The notes under the pieces were generated by a model. It did no database searches, was not told the origin of the DNA, and worked only from the letters and a program-made list of their open reading frames with translations. Shown here in pieces: positions 40,738 through 51,000 of a DNA stretch of 64,000 bases. The DNA is from an uncultured Clostridia bacterium (GTDB lineage: Bacteria > Bacillota > Clostridia > TANB77 > UBA1234), in contig CAKPEF010000008.1 of NCBI GenBank assembly GCA_934149305.1, positions 1,885 through 65,884 on the forward strand, in the 5' to 3' direction. The position numbers were made by a program, and so were the translations under genes. Within the stretch, counting starts at the first letter, position 1, and each line of letters starts with the position of its first letter.

Positions 40738-41649
40738 TTATATTTCCATTTCATCTTTTGGCATTGCTTTAAGATTTTTTTCTCTTAGTAGTCTATTTGC
40801 CACCTCTTCCAATGATGTTATTTGCGGACACTTAACATTTGTGTTAACATTTTTGCAATTTTCCTTTTCTTGCTCTAGTCTTAACATTCTAGCCATTTTT
40901 TTATCATCCGCCGGCATATTTCTTCTTTCTAATTTTATTCTTTCAACATCTTCTCTAGAATATGCAAATACTTCATTTAGTATTTGTTTTAATTCATTCG
41001 TTCTTTCTATTGCTTTTTGATACTTCGCATTATTTTCATTATCTTCAATAAACATCTCCATTTCGGCAACTATATTTCTTGCGCTATATATTTTGTCGCC
41101 TTTTTCTTCATTTGGCCTATAAGTATATAAAAAGTTTTCTAAACTTTGTTTTCTTGTTTTTTCTTCTTTGGTTAATCCTCCAAAAATTTTTGCAATTCCT
41201 TTTTTATTATCTTTTTCATTTAGCACTGCAAGTTCTTGTTCTAATGACTTTTTATCCTCTGCTGTAGCCACATTTTTAAAACTTTCAAATACCCTTTGCT
41301 TTAAATAGTTTTGATCGATTTTTGAAAGTGCCTGGATTTCATCACTAAATCCTCCTCTTTCAGCACTCGTACCTAACCTTAATAAATTTCTCATTTCTTC
41401 ATTATTTATGTTGCAATTTTGAATTGCTTTTAGTGATGTATCTAAAGTCGCTTTGTATCTATTTACATGTGACTCGAAATATATTCCATAGTATGCATCG
41501 ATTCTTTTTGTTTGTTCTTTTATTTTTGCACTAAGTTCTAATACATCGGCAAAAGTTTCAGCCTCTCCAAAAACTTTTATATTTTTGTAATCAAACATCG
41601 TTTTTACTTTTGATTTTCTTTCTTCTTCACTCATTCCTAGTTCTTGCAT
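40738..41649 (-). CDS. hypothetical protein (303 aa, helical, charged)
   Basis: Long ORF co-directional with tex and alr. No family recognised. Confidence 0.5.
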   Translation of the reverse strand: MQELGMSEEERKSKVKTMFDYKNIKVFGEAETFADVLELSAKIKEQTKRIDAYYGIYFESHVNRYKATLDTSLKAIQNCNINNEEMRNLLRLGTSAERGGFSDEIQALSKIDQNYLKQRVFESFKNVATAEDKKSLEQELAVLNEKDNKKGIAKIFGGLTKEEKTRKQSLENFLYTYRPNEEKGDKIYSARNIVAEMEMFIEDNENNAKYQKAIERTNELKQILNEVFAYSREDVERIKLERRNMPADDKKMARMLRLEQEKENCKNVNTNVKCPQITSLEEVANRLLREKNLKAMPKDEMEI

Positions 41650-41665
41650 TTTTAATTCCCCCTTT

Positions 41666-43813
41666 TTAGTTACAATCTTTCATTGATAACCCAACTTTTT
41701 TCTTTTCTAAATCTATTTTTATAACTCTTACTTTTACTATATCGCCAACTGATACTACATCCATTGGATTCTTTATGTATTTATCGCTCATTTCAGATAT
41801 ATGAACTAGCCCATCGTTTTTTACACCTATATCTACAAATGCTCCAAAATCAATTACATTTCTAACTGTACCTGTTAATATCATACCTTCTTTTAGATCT
41901 TCTATTTTTAATACATCGCTTCTTAAAACAGGCTTCGGCATTTCATCTCTCGGGTCTCTACCTGGTTTTTGAAGCTCTTTTATTATGTCTTTAATAGTAG
42001 GAACACCTATATTTAATTCTGTTGCTAACTTTTCTGCATTTACTGTATTCAAATTTACTCTAATCTCTGCTGATTTATCTTTTAAGTCTTGTACTTTAAA
42101 TCCGATTTGCTCTAAAATCTTTTCTGCTGTTTCATAACTTTCTGGATGTACTGATGTGTTATCTAGCGGATTTTCTCCATCTGTTATTCTTAGGAAGCCT
42201 GCACATTGTGTGTACGCTGCCGGTCCTAACTTTGATACTTTTAAAAGTTCTTTTCTGTTTTTTAATTTTCCTTTTTCGTCTCTGTATTTAACTATATTAT
42301 TTGCCACTGTTTTGCTTATTCCTGAAACATATTTTAAAAGTGATGGTGTTGCTGTGTTTAAATCTACTCCAACACTGTTTACTGCATCTTCTACTACACC
42401 TGTTAAGCTTTCATCCAATTTGTTCTGATTTACATCGTGCTGATATTGACCAACGCCAATGCTTTTAGGGTCTATTTTTACAAGTTCTGCAAGTGGATCT
42501 TGTAGTCTTCTTGCAATTGAAATTGCTCCTCTTAGTGATACATTTATATCTGGATATTCTTCTGTTGCGAGCTTTGAAGCAGAATATACAGAAGCTCCAG
42601 CTTCACTAACTATTGCATAATGAATATCGTGTTTTACATCTTTTATCATGTCTGCAACAAACATTTCTGATTCTCTTGAGGCTGTTCCATTTCCAATCGC
42701 TATCATGTTTATATTGTATTTATTTATTAGTTCTAATAATTTCTTTTTTGCCCCTTCAACATCATTTTGTGGTTCTGTTGGATATACTGTAGTTGTGTCT
42801 AAAAGTTTTCCTGTGTCATCTATTACTGCAATTTTGCAACCTGTTCTATAAGCTGGATCAAATCCCATTACTGTCAAGTTTTTAAGTGGTGCTTGAAGAA
42901 GAAGTTTTTTAGCATTTTGTCCGAATACTTTTATTGCTTTTTCTTCTGCTACCTCTGAAAGTTCATTTCTTACTTCATTTTCAACTGATGGTTTTATAAG
43001 TCTTTTATATGAATCTGCTATAACAAGCTCCATTGTATCTTTAAAGCTACCATCTTTTATTAAAATTCTTTTTTCTAGATATTCAATTATTTTATCATCT
43101 GTTCCATCAATTTTTACTTTTAAAAATTCTTCTTTTTCGCCTCTGTTTATTGCCAAAATTCTATGACTAGGAATTCTTTTTACAGCCTCTTCGTAATCGT
43201 AATACATCTCATAAACACTTTTTTCATCCTTTGCTGCTTTTGTCACTATAATTCCATCTCTATATATGATTTTTCTTATATCTTTTCTATATTCTGCAAC
43301 ATCTGATATCATCTCTGAAACAATATCCATAGCACCAGCTATTGCATCCTCAACTGTTTCAACACCTTTTTCGGCATTTATAAAATCATTTGCTATTTCT
43401 TTCAAATCTTTCTTTTCTTTTTGTTCAAACAATATAACAGCAAGTGGCTCTAAACCTTTTTCTTTTGCGATAGTTGCTCTTGTTCTCTTCTTTTGTTTAT
43501 ATGGTCTATATAAATCTTCTACTTCTGTCATTGTAACGGCAGTTTCAATTTTGCTTTTTAGTTCATCATCTAATTTTCCTTGCTCATCAATAAGTCTTAT
43601 AACTTCTTCTTTTCTTTTTTCAAGGTTTCTCAAATATGTAAGTTTATCAAATAGTTCACGAAGCTCTACATCAGAAAGTTCTCCTGTTTGCTCTTTTCTA
43701 TATCTAGCTATGAATGGAATTGTGTTTCCTTCATCTATTAACTTAACAGCATTTTCAACTTGAAAAGGCTTTAAATTCAATTCCTCTGCAATTTTTGTTT
43801 CTATCAAATTCAT
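41666..43813 (-). CDS. tex: Tex-like transcription accessory protein with a C-terminal S1 domain
   Basis: NAVKLIDEGNTIPFIARYRKEQTG N-terminus, YqgF/HhH middle, C-terminal S1 (GTVRNVIDFGAFVDIG). Confidence 0.95.
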   Translation of the reverse strand: MNLIETKIAEELNLKPFQVENAVKLIDEGNTIPFIARYRKEQTGELSDVELRELFDKLTYLRNLEKRKEEVIRLIDEQGKLDDELKSKIETAVTMTEVEDLYRPYKQKKRTRATIAKEKGLEPLAVILFEQKEKKDLKEIANDFINAEKGVETVEDAIAGAMDIVSEMISDVAEYRKDIRKIIYRDGIIVTKAAKDEKSVYEMYYDYEEAVKRIPSHRILAINRGEKEEFLKVKIDGTDDKIIEYLEKRILIKDGSFKDTMELVIADSYKRLIKPSVENEVRNELSEVAEEKAIKVFGQNAKKLLLQAPLKNLTVMGFDPAYRTGCKIAVIDDTGKLLDTTTVYPTEPQNDVEGAKKKLLELINKYNINMIAIGNGTASRESEMFVADMIKDVKHDIHYAIVSEAGASVYSASKLATEEYPDINVSLRGAISIARRLQDPLAELVKIDPKSIGVGQYQHDVNQNKLDESLTGVVEDAVNSVGVDLNTATPSLLKYVSGISKTVANNIVKYRDEKGKLKNRKELLKVSKLGPAAYTQCAGFLRITDGENPLDNTSVHPESYETAEKILEQIGFKVQDLKDKSAEIRVNLNTVNAEKLATELNIGVPTIKDIIKELQKPGRDPRDEMPKPVLRSDVLKIEDLKEGMILTGTVRNVIDFGAFVDIGVKNDGLVHISEMSDKYIKNPMDVVSVGDIVKVRVIKIDLEKKKVGLSMKDCN

Positions 43814-43838
43814 TATATAACTCCTCTCTAATTTCTTG

Positions 43839-44207
43839 CTAATTAAGTCCTATATAATATGCCAAATCATATATCGTATTTATTACTTGTTCCTTAAATA
43901 TTATTAGTGCTACTGCCAATATCAATATTATTATAGTGGCTATTATCCTGCCTTTTTTGGATGTTTTCTTTTTAACTATAGTCACGATACCTACTATAAA
44001 TGCTACTATGGCTAACAAAATTCCTCCTAATTTAGCAGCTAATAATCCAAGTGGTGCAGGATCGTATGCTGGTGGACCATACAAAATCATTGGTGGTTCT
44101 ATTCCGTATAACGGTTCTACTGCTGGCATTCCATATAATACTTTTTGCTTTAAACCTATAAAAAATGCTCCTACAGCCACTAATATTTTTCCTAACTTGT
44201 TTTTCAT
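43839..44207 (-). CDS. small membrane protein with three LYG/Pro-rich repeats, translationally coupled to the radical SAM gene
   Basis: The ATG overlaps the rSAM TGA (ATGA) behind AAGGAGG. Sequence MKNKLGKILVAVGAFFIGLKQKVLYGMPAVEPLYGIEPPMILYGPPAYDPAP, then two TM helices. Confidence 0.65.
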   Translation of the reverse strand: MKNKLGKILVAVGAFFIGLKQKVLYGMPAVEPLYGIEPPMILYGPPAYDPAPLGLLAAKLGGILLAIVAFIVGIVTIVKKKTSKKGRIIATIIILILAVALIIFKEQVINTIYDLAYYIGLN

Positions 44208-45298
44208 TTTACTGCCTCCTTTAACAATTTGTTTAAGCATAAATTGGGTTTATTCTCTTCAAAATTCCACGTATGAAGTGAATCTCCTTTGCAATATTTA
44301 TAATCCTTGCATTTTTCGCATTCTGTGCATTTTTGCCTATCTTCATTTCTAAACCATTTAAAGCCATTTTCCCAGGTGTTTACGAAATCATCTTTTCTTA
44401 TATTGCCTTGTATTAGATCTTTTCTTCTTGGTACATTCGGACACACAAAAATATCCCCATTATAGAGTATACTTCCTGTTAAATAACCCGTATGGCAGAA
44501 AAAACTTTGACCTCTTACTTCTTTTTCATCTTTCATTCCTAAAAAATGTGAACAACCATATGTAATATCAAATTTTGAATGTCTTCTTTTGTCTTTTATA
44601 AAATCTATGAGTCTTCTATAATCGTTTGTATCTAAAGCAATGGTTGCATTATCGTTTGCTCTGCCTATCGGATCCATATTTACAATTCGCCAAGAATCGA
44701 CTCCTAAATCTTTCATAACTTTATATAATTCATCTAATTCATTTATTGATGATTTGCTTACAACTGTTGTAACTTGCAAACAATATAAAAATTTCGCTTC
44801 TCTTAATTTTTTTATATTCTGCATTATTTTTTTATAAGAACCAGGCACGCCTCTAAATTCATCATGTGTTTTATCAAGTCCATCTATACTTATTGAAACT
44901 GTACCCATTTTAGTTTCTTTCATTTTTGATATAATCTCATCGTTTATTAAAATTCCATTCGTTGTCATTCCCCATTTATATCCTAAATCACTTGCATATT
45001 TCATTACCTCAAAAAGATCATCTCTAACTAGTGGCTCACCACCTGTAACATTTATAAGTATTTTAGATGCATCATACTTCTCGGATATTGATTTAAATGC
45101 ATTTTTAATCTCTTCTGTTCTTAATTCATCTGTTAATTTTGTTTGTTCACCAGCCCTACTTCCACAATGTTTGCACCTAGCATTACATCTTAATGTTGTT
45201 TCCCAAAACAAGTTTTTTAGCATTGGTTTCTGCGACAAACTTTTCCTATATTCATATGTAAGTTCTGCTTCTCCAATTTTCATTATTTCTTTGAACAT
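44204..45298 (-). CDS. radical SAM / SPASM-domain protein (PqqE/AlbA-like maturase class)
   Basis: CNARCKHCGS (Cx3Cx2C), GGEPL, and a C-terminal Cys-rich region CHTG...CPNV...CTECEKCKDYKYCKGD. Confidence 0.85.
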   Translation of the reverse strand: MFKEIMKIGEAELTYEYRKSLSQKPMLKNLFWETTLRCNARCKHCGSRAGEQTKLTDELRTEEIKNAFKSISEKYDASKILINVTGGEPLVRDDLFEVMKYASDLGYKWGMTTNGILINDEIISKMKETKMGTVSISIDGLDKTHDEFRGVPGSYKKIMQNIKKLREAKFLYCLQVTTVVSKSSINELDELYKVMKDLGVDSWRIVNMDPIGRANDNATIALDTNDYRRLIDFIKDKRRHSKFDITYGCSHFLGMKDEKEVRGQSFFCHTGYLTGSILYNGDIFVCPNVPRRKDLIQGNIRKDDFVNTWENGFKWFRNEDRQKCTECEKCKDYKYCKGDSLHTWNFEENKPNLCLNKLLKEAVK

Positions 45299-45340
45299 AA
45301 CTTTTTCCTTTCATATGTCTTATTTGTTATATCATTTTCA

Positions 45341-45369
45341 ATTATATAGAAACTGCTTGTTTTATGCAA
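45341..45369 (-). promoter_or_regulatory. promoter of the radical SAM operon
   Basis: Minus strand: TTGCAT (45364..45369), 17 nt, TATAAT (45341..45346). Confidence 0.45.
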
Positions 45370-45444
45370 TAGAAAAGATTTTTAGAAATTTTTGTTTGTC
45401 TCGAATATTACAAATAAAAATGAATATTTTTACTCACAAAAATA

Positions 45445-45484
45445 AAAGAAACATGAATAGCTAACTTCTTATTCATGTTTCTTT
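45445..45484. terminator. bidirectional intrinsic terminator
   Basis: Perfect 15-bp stem AAAGAAACATGAATA / TATTCATGTTTCTTT with a 10-nt loop and T runs on both strands. Confidence 0.8.
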
Positions 45485-45504
45485 ATTGGTTTGGTTTTAA
45501 AATT

Positions 45505-45840
45505 TCATTCTTCGCCATAATTTGATAAGTATTCTTGCCCCACGAACAGATCTAATTGCTTTGCAAGCTCTTGTTCTCCTTCTAAGATTTCGATTTTTTT
45601 GAAAATTTTCTCTACGAACATTCCACTTTGGTAGCAAAAGAAATACCTTTCAAGGTCTTCTGTCACCACTTCTAGCATTCCGCCTTCTTTCATGTCGTAC
45701 CTGTTCCACGGAACGATTACTTTGGGTGGATCTATTTCAGTATATATCATATACCGAATAACACCCTTTGGTTTTTTTGAAACTTTTACAACGGAGTTTC
45801 TGTAATAAAAAAGCTCGCTTGGATGCAAAGAAAAGTCCAT
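45505..45840 (-). CDS. hypothetical protein (111 aa), contains a zero-frame CGG
   Basis: Continuous ORF. The in-frame CGG at 45754..45756 (..GVI-CGG-YMIY..) must be decoded in frame 0 to give the 111-aa product. Confidence 0.5.
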   Translation of the reverse strand: MDFSLHPSELFYYRNSVVKVSKKPKGVIRYMIYTEIDPPKVIVPWNRYDMKEGGMLEVVTEDLERYFFCYQSGMFVEKIFKKIEILEGEQELAKQLDLFVGQEYLSNYGEE

Positions 45841-45959
45841 AATAACCCCCCAGACAAATTTGTTTTACACCTTTATTTTACTGTATTTATGGCGTATTTG
45901 CAAGTATATTTTACAATAAAATGAGTGCCTTATTTTTACTTCAAGCACTCATTATCCTT

Positions 45960-46412
45960 TTATTTTTTGAATATTCTTCTAAAGAATCCTTTTTCTTCTT
46001 TGGCTACATCTATTGTAGTTTCTTCTGCTTTTTCTATGTCTTCTTCTTTTATTTTTTCTTTTTCTCTAGCCTCATTTATTTTTTTAAATATATTATCTGA
46101 TGAATACATTTCTCTCGTTTTATTTTCTTTTTTTAATGAATTTTGCTGTAGCATTGCCATAAATTCATCTTTTTCTTCTTTAGTTTCTATCCAATAGTTT
46201 AATTCAAGTAACGCAAGCATTGCTAAGGTTTCTCGTTTTACATTTTGCTCTATTAAACTTTTATCAGCATCATACACAGGATTATATGTTTCTAACCTGT
46301 TTGATTTTATTAAATCATATAATTTTTGGGGTATTTTATTTACATATTCTTCTTCCATAATATTTAATATACTATAAACTTCTGAATACACTTCTTTTGT
46401 TTTTATATCCAT
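45960..46412 (-). CDS. hypothetical protein (about 150 aa)
   Basis: The ORF overlaps the 3' end of the upstream repeat-protein gene. Start probably MDIKTKEVY. Confidence 0.5.
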   Translation of the reverse strand: MDIKTKEVYSEVYSILNIMEEEYVNKIPQKLYDLIKSNRLETYNPVYDADKSLIEQNVKRETLAMLALLELNYWIETKEEKDEFMAMLQQNSLKKENKTREMYSSDNIFKKINEAREKEKIKEEDIEKAEETTIDVAKEEKGFFRRIFKK

Positions 46413-46416
46413 ACCG

Positions 46417-47829
46417 CTATTCTCCTCTATCATTGTCATTATCTTGAAGTGGCTCTTGAGTTTGACTTGGCTCTTGAGCTTGGCTTTGGTCTATCCCTGT
46501 TCTTATAGTTTTGGCTGCGCCTTCAACATCTGCTGGTGTTATTTCTGCATCTTTTATATCTTCACGATTTTTATTCCTTGAACGTTTTTTGCCTTTATTT
46601 CTAGCTTCATTTCCTTTTCTTCTTTTAGCCTCTTCTTCCTCTTCTTTTTCGGCCTCCTCAGCTAATCTTTTAGCTTCTGCCTCTGCCTTTTCTTTGGCTT
46701 CTGCCTCTGCTTTTTCTTTGGCTTCTGCCTCTGCCTTTTCTTTGGCTTCTGCCTCTGCTTTTTCTTTGGCTTCTGCCTCTGCCTTTTCTTTGGATTCTGC
46801 CTCTGCCTTTTCTTTGGCCTCTGCTTCTGCTTTTTCTTTGGCTTCTGCCTCTATTTTTTCCTTTGTTTCTTTTATTTGCTTACCTATTACTTCTTTAAAA
46901 GCTTTATGTAATTGATATAATTTGGCCAACTTCTCATTTGGATCAGTTATTTTATCGAAATCTTCCATACATGTGATACCCTCAATTCCAAACTGTGTAA
47001 GGTCAAGTGAACTGTTAGTTTGACTAGGTTGTGGCTGAGGTTGTTGATTTTGCTTTGGCTGTGGCTGAGGTTGTTGATTTTGATTTGGTTGTGGTTGAGG
47101 TTGTTGATTTTGCTTTGGCTGTGGCTGAGGTTGTTGATTTTGCTTTGGCTGTGGTTGAGGTTGTTGATTTTGATTTGGTTGCGGTTGAGGTTGTTGATTT
47201 TGATTTGGTTGTGGCTGAGGTTGTTGATTTTGATTTGGTTGTGCTACCCCTCTCAAATTATTGTACGCATTATTAAAGCTTAAGCTTTCTGACTGTCGAA
47301 AAGAATCTGCCTCTCTTTTTATTTCTGCGTTTTTTTCCTCTTTTAAATATACCTTTTCAGCATATGATTTTAAAGAATCTTGCATAGCATTTCTCATTTT
47401 ACTATAAATTTCATTTTCAAATTTCAAATTTTCCAAAAGTTTGTCATCCGGATTTTCATATAGACTTTCTATATCATTTCGATAATTTATCAATATTCTT
47501 TTATTTTGGCTTTGGGCAGCTAATTCACCTTCTACTTTCTTTAGATCTGTTTGAAGAACTGATAATTTCTCGTATCTATCTTTTTCAGATATGCTATTAT
47601 CATTTTTTACTGCTTCTATCTTTCTTTCTAGTCTATTTTTTTCTTTTTCCAATTCTTTAATCGTTCTTTCGAGCTCTCTAACATCTTTAAGGATACCCAA
47701 CTTGTCTAGTCTCTTATCTTCTTCGCTAAGAAAAAATCTCTTAACTCCAAGTGTCATTTTATCTTTTATTCCTGTTATTTCCAAAATAATCACTCCCCCT
47801 TTTATTACATTTTTGCAAAATCCACTCAC
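46417..47829 (-). CDS. coiled-coil protein with two in-frame tandem-repeat tracts (PQPQPNQNQQ x7, AKEKAEAE x7-8)
   Basis: 470-aa ORF. The real start may be the TTG at about 47784 behind GGGGGAG. Confidence 0.65.
   Translation of the reverse strand: MSGFCKNVIKGGVIILEITGIKDKMTLGVKRFFLSEEDKRLDKLGILKDVRELERTIKELEKEKNRLERKIEAVKNDNSISEKDRYEKLSVLQTDLKKVEGELAAQSQNKRILINYRNDIESLYENPDDKLLENLKFENEIYSKMRNAMQDSLKSYAEKVYLKEEKNAEIKREADSFRQSESLSFNNAYNNLRGVAQPNQNQQPQPQPNQNQQPQPQPNQNQQPQPQPKQNQQPQPQPKQNQQPQPQPNQNQQPQPQPKQNQQPQPQPSQTNSSLDLTQFGIEGITCMEDFDKITDPNEKLAKLYQLHKAFKEVIGKQIKETKEKIEAEAKEKAEAEAKEKAEAESKEKAEAEAKEKAEAEAKEKAEAEAKEKAEAEAKEKAEAEAKRLAEEAEKEEEEEAKRRKGNEARNKGKKRSRNKNREDIKDAEITPADVEGAAKTIRTGIDQSQAQEPSQTQEPLQDNDNDRGE
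46673..46855. repeat. 24-bp tandem repeat, about 7.6 copies (coding AKEKAEAE)
   Basis: GCTTCTGCCTCTGCCTTTTCTTTG reiterated with few substitutions. Confidence 0.95.
47027..47243. repeat. 30-bp tandem repeat, about 7.2 copies (coding PQPQP(N/K)QNQQ)
   Basis: GGTTGTGGCTGAGGTTGTTGATTTTGCTTT reiterated. Confidence 0.95.
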
Positions 47830-47891
47830 GCTAGCAATATTATACTATTTTTTTGTGTTTATGTCAACTCTGTCATATGTTTGTTAACGTT

Positions 47892-47990
47892 CGGCTTAAT
47901 TTATGACAAATGCCAAATTATAATATTTTTATGGAGCACGCTTAAGCTTAAGCTACATTTTTTATACCAATATGTTTATTTGGGCGCTGA
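47892..47990 (+). repeat. GTAG-hairpin intergenic repeat
   Basis: CGGCTTAATTTATGACAAATGCCAAATTATAATATTTTTATGGAGCACGCTTAAGCTTAAGCTACATTTTTTATACCAATATGTTTATTTGGGCGCTGA. Confidence 0.9.
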
Positions 47991-47994
47991 TTTT

Positions 47995-48009
47995 ATTTGT
48001 TTATGGAGC
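47995..48009 (+). repeat. truncated second repeat unit supplying the last codons and the stop of the 1062-aa gene
   Basis: TTTGTTTATGGAGC. The reverse complement GCT CCA TAA encodes ..A P stop. Confidence 0.7.
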
Positions 48010-51000
48010 TAATACTACTCTAAAGCCTATCTCTTGTGCTCCTGCACCATCAGTTTTGCCTACATTAAACATTCCTGCATCTTCTGAGTATGCCCCTCCT
48101 CTTGTGAAGAATGGCTCGGCGCCACTTGGATACTGTATTTTTCCGTTGTTCCATACAACATTGCTCTCTTTTGATATTTCTCCTATTGCATCACCATATA
48201 CTGAAGAGTTTAATTTGTAGTTTTCTAAGCTTGTGTCTTCTGCACTTTTACTATACGCTTGTGCCATATACATTTCTTTTTGAAGATTATCTCCATTTGA
48301 TAATACTGTGTTTGCGTTTGCTACATAAGATGCTGTATATTCGTTTGCACCTCCAACCATATCGTATACTCCATATATATTTTTTGTTGTACTTGCCTCG
48401 TATCCTGCTTCTGTTTTATATCCATATCTATTTTCAAATATTGTTTGAGATGTTGTTGCGTAGGTTGCTCCTGAGTTTGTTGTGCCACCACCTGTTATCA
48501 TATTGCTTGATAAATTAACTTTTATTTCGTGTCCGTTTCTGCCATATGCACTATATGCTAGGTAGCATACTGCACCCCACTCACTATTTTTTATTAAGTG
48601 TGATGACATATTTGTATTCATGTTTTTAGCCAATGTATAGGCATCGTTAATTTTCATATTTGTCGTACTCATTACATTTGGTACTGTCTTTATCTCTGCA
48701 TTATTGCTTCCTACTGAGGTAAATGTTGCATCTGCCTTACTTGCTTCGAATTTTGATACCCAAATTCCAGTAAGCGTTCTATTCCAATTTCCATTTGAAT
48801 TTACTGTTGTGTCTATGCCATATGAGTTAAACGCTGGATGTACTATATAATCACTTTTTACTTCTCCAGCCGATGCATCATACAAACTTTTTCTTTGTTT
48901 TGTTGTGGCATCGTAATAAAAATCGCTATCAGCTCCTGCCAAAAATACTATATCTATATCACCATATTTTGTTTTTACATTTTCTTCTGTTGATAATGTT
49001 TTTCCATCTGGCAAATAATATCCATATACATTGCTTGTAGAGTATGCGGTATCTTTGTAATATCCTTTTATTTCTGTTTTTGATATGTCTGCATAATAAA
49101 TTATTTTATATGCATATCTTGGTATCCATACAAAATAACTCCCCTCTACAGTTTTGGCATTTGCCCATTTTGATTCACCTTTATCATCTATTCCATTTCC
49201 CATTTTGTAGTCGTACCAAATTCTGCTTACGCCATTTTCATCTTTTTGTGTTACTGCATTTATTTTTACTTCTGTAGGATTTGTTTTGCTATCTGTCCAT
49301 GTTATTGCTTGCATATTTTCTATTTTTGGTGCGTTTGGTATTGATGATATTTTTTTGTTAGGACATTTTAAAAGTGAATATTCTGATTCTATCGGTCCAT
49401 TTCCTGCCACATCAGTTGCTCTTGTTCTTATATAATAGCTCTTTCCATTTTCTAATAATTTTTCAATGTCACTTACTCTACTATACCATTTGTATAGTGT
49501 CACATCTTCTTTTGATATGTTTTCTAAAATTCCGTATTCTATTTTAGCAATTCCGCTTTCTAAATCTTCTTGATTTGATGTTATTGTTAGTTTTAGACTG
49601 TTTGTAATATCCACCTTTGGTGCCTTTGTTGTTGGCATTGTTTTATCAACTATTACACTATCTGTTAAAGCTTCGTATATTAGGTTTCCACTTTCATCTA
49701 GTTTTTCTGCTGTGTAATAAGCATATACTGTAACTTTGCCTGATGCGCTTGTCCCTATATCAAATTCATAGTCTCCATTTGAAGATACATATGATGTATA
49801 ATTTGATATGTTCTTTGGATCTTTTGCTTCATCTGTTGTTATTAACATTTTTGTTGCACCTTGTGAACGAATTCTTAATTTCACCAAATTTGAATTTACA
49901 TATTCTCCATTTTTTATTATATTAAAAACCGAGTTATCTAACAATTTTGTTTCGTAAGTAATTAGTTTGCTATCTAATAATACTTTTCTAGAAACACCTT
50001 CTAAGTCACTTACTTTATTACCAGCATAATCTTCTACATAAAGCACTATATTAGGAACTGTGTCACCATAAGGTGTTCCTGTACTATCACAAAAATCTTT
50101 ATTTGAATTATTTAATACATCTAATTCGGTCTTAGTCATATTTAGTTCATCTTCTAATTCTGCTATTTCATCACCAGAAACTGCTGGGTCTAGAGCTTCT
50201 ATTTTATTTTCTAAGTCTTGTATATCTGCCGTTAATTTATTGTAGCTTTCTATATATTTTTTGTAGTTTTCTCCATATGTGTATAGTTCTCTTGCTCCAT
50301 CTTGATTTGTTATATCTTCTACACCTTTTATTTTATAATAAATTTTTTCTATGTTTATTCCTGTTTCGTTATCAATAAGTGTTACTTGTCCATTTGAAAT
50401 TCTATCTCCTGTGATTTCTATCTTAGGATTTATATCGTCTATTTTTGTTATTACTACATTTACTACTTTTGCATATCCCTCTTCATTTTCAGCGTAAAAT
50501 GAAACTACACCATTTTCTGTTATCTCAACCGTTTCACCATATATAAAGAATTTTCCTTTATCTTTAAATTCTTCTGCCGTTATTGGTCCTGGCACATAAT
50601 ATTTAAATGTCCATGTTGATGCTATAGTTTCAAAATCAGGCACAGACAAAATTAGTTTTGCTTTGCTTGCCCATGTAAGTGGGTTTCCTGATATGACTAC
50701 CTCAAAATTTGTCCCGTCTGAATATGTTCTGTCTTTTCCTCTCATTTCATCTGTAACTGTATAGTATTCTGTACCATTATGAATGGTACTTCTTGTAACA
50801 TAAATTCTAAGTGAATTTTCATTTACAACATATCCTCTTTCGTAATCACTTAGATGTATTCGTTCTAATTTATTTAAATCAACAAAATAGTATGCACCTG
50901 CATCATTTTTGTCTGCTTGTGTTCTTATTTTTTCATACTCATCTGTGTTAGTTGTAATTGGATTATTGTTTGCGTCATACTGCACAGGAAGTATATGTTT

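Noticed and set aside
46673-47243. The regular 24-bp and 30-bp repeats were considered as a possible CRISPR array.
   Set aside because: The units are directly abutting with no unique spacers. They are in frame within a long ORF and encode simple peptide repeats. No cas genes are nearby.
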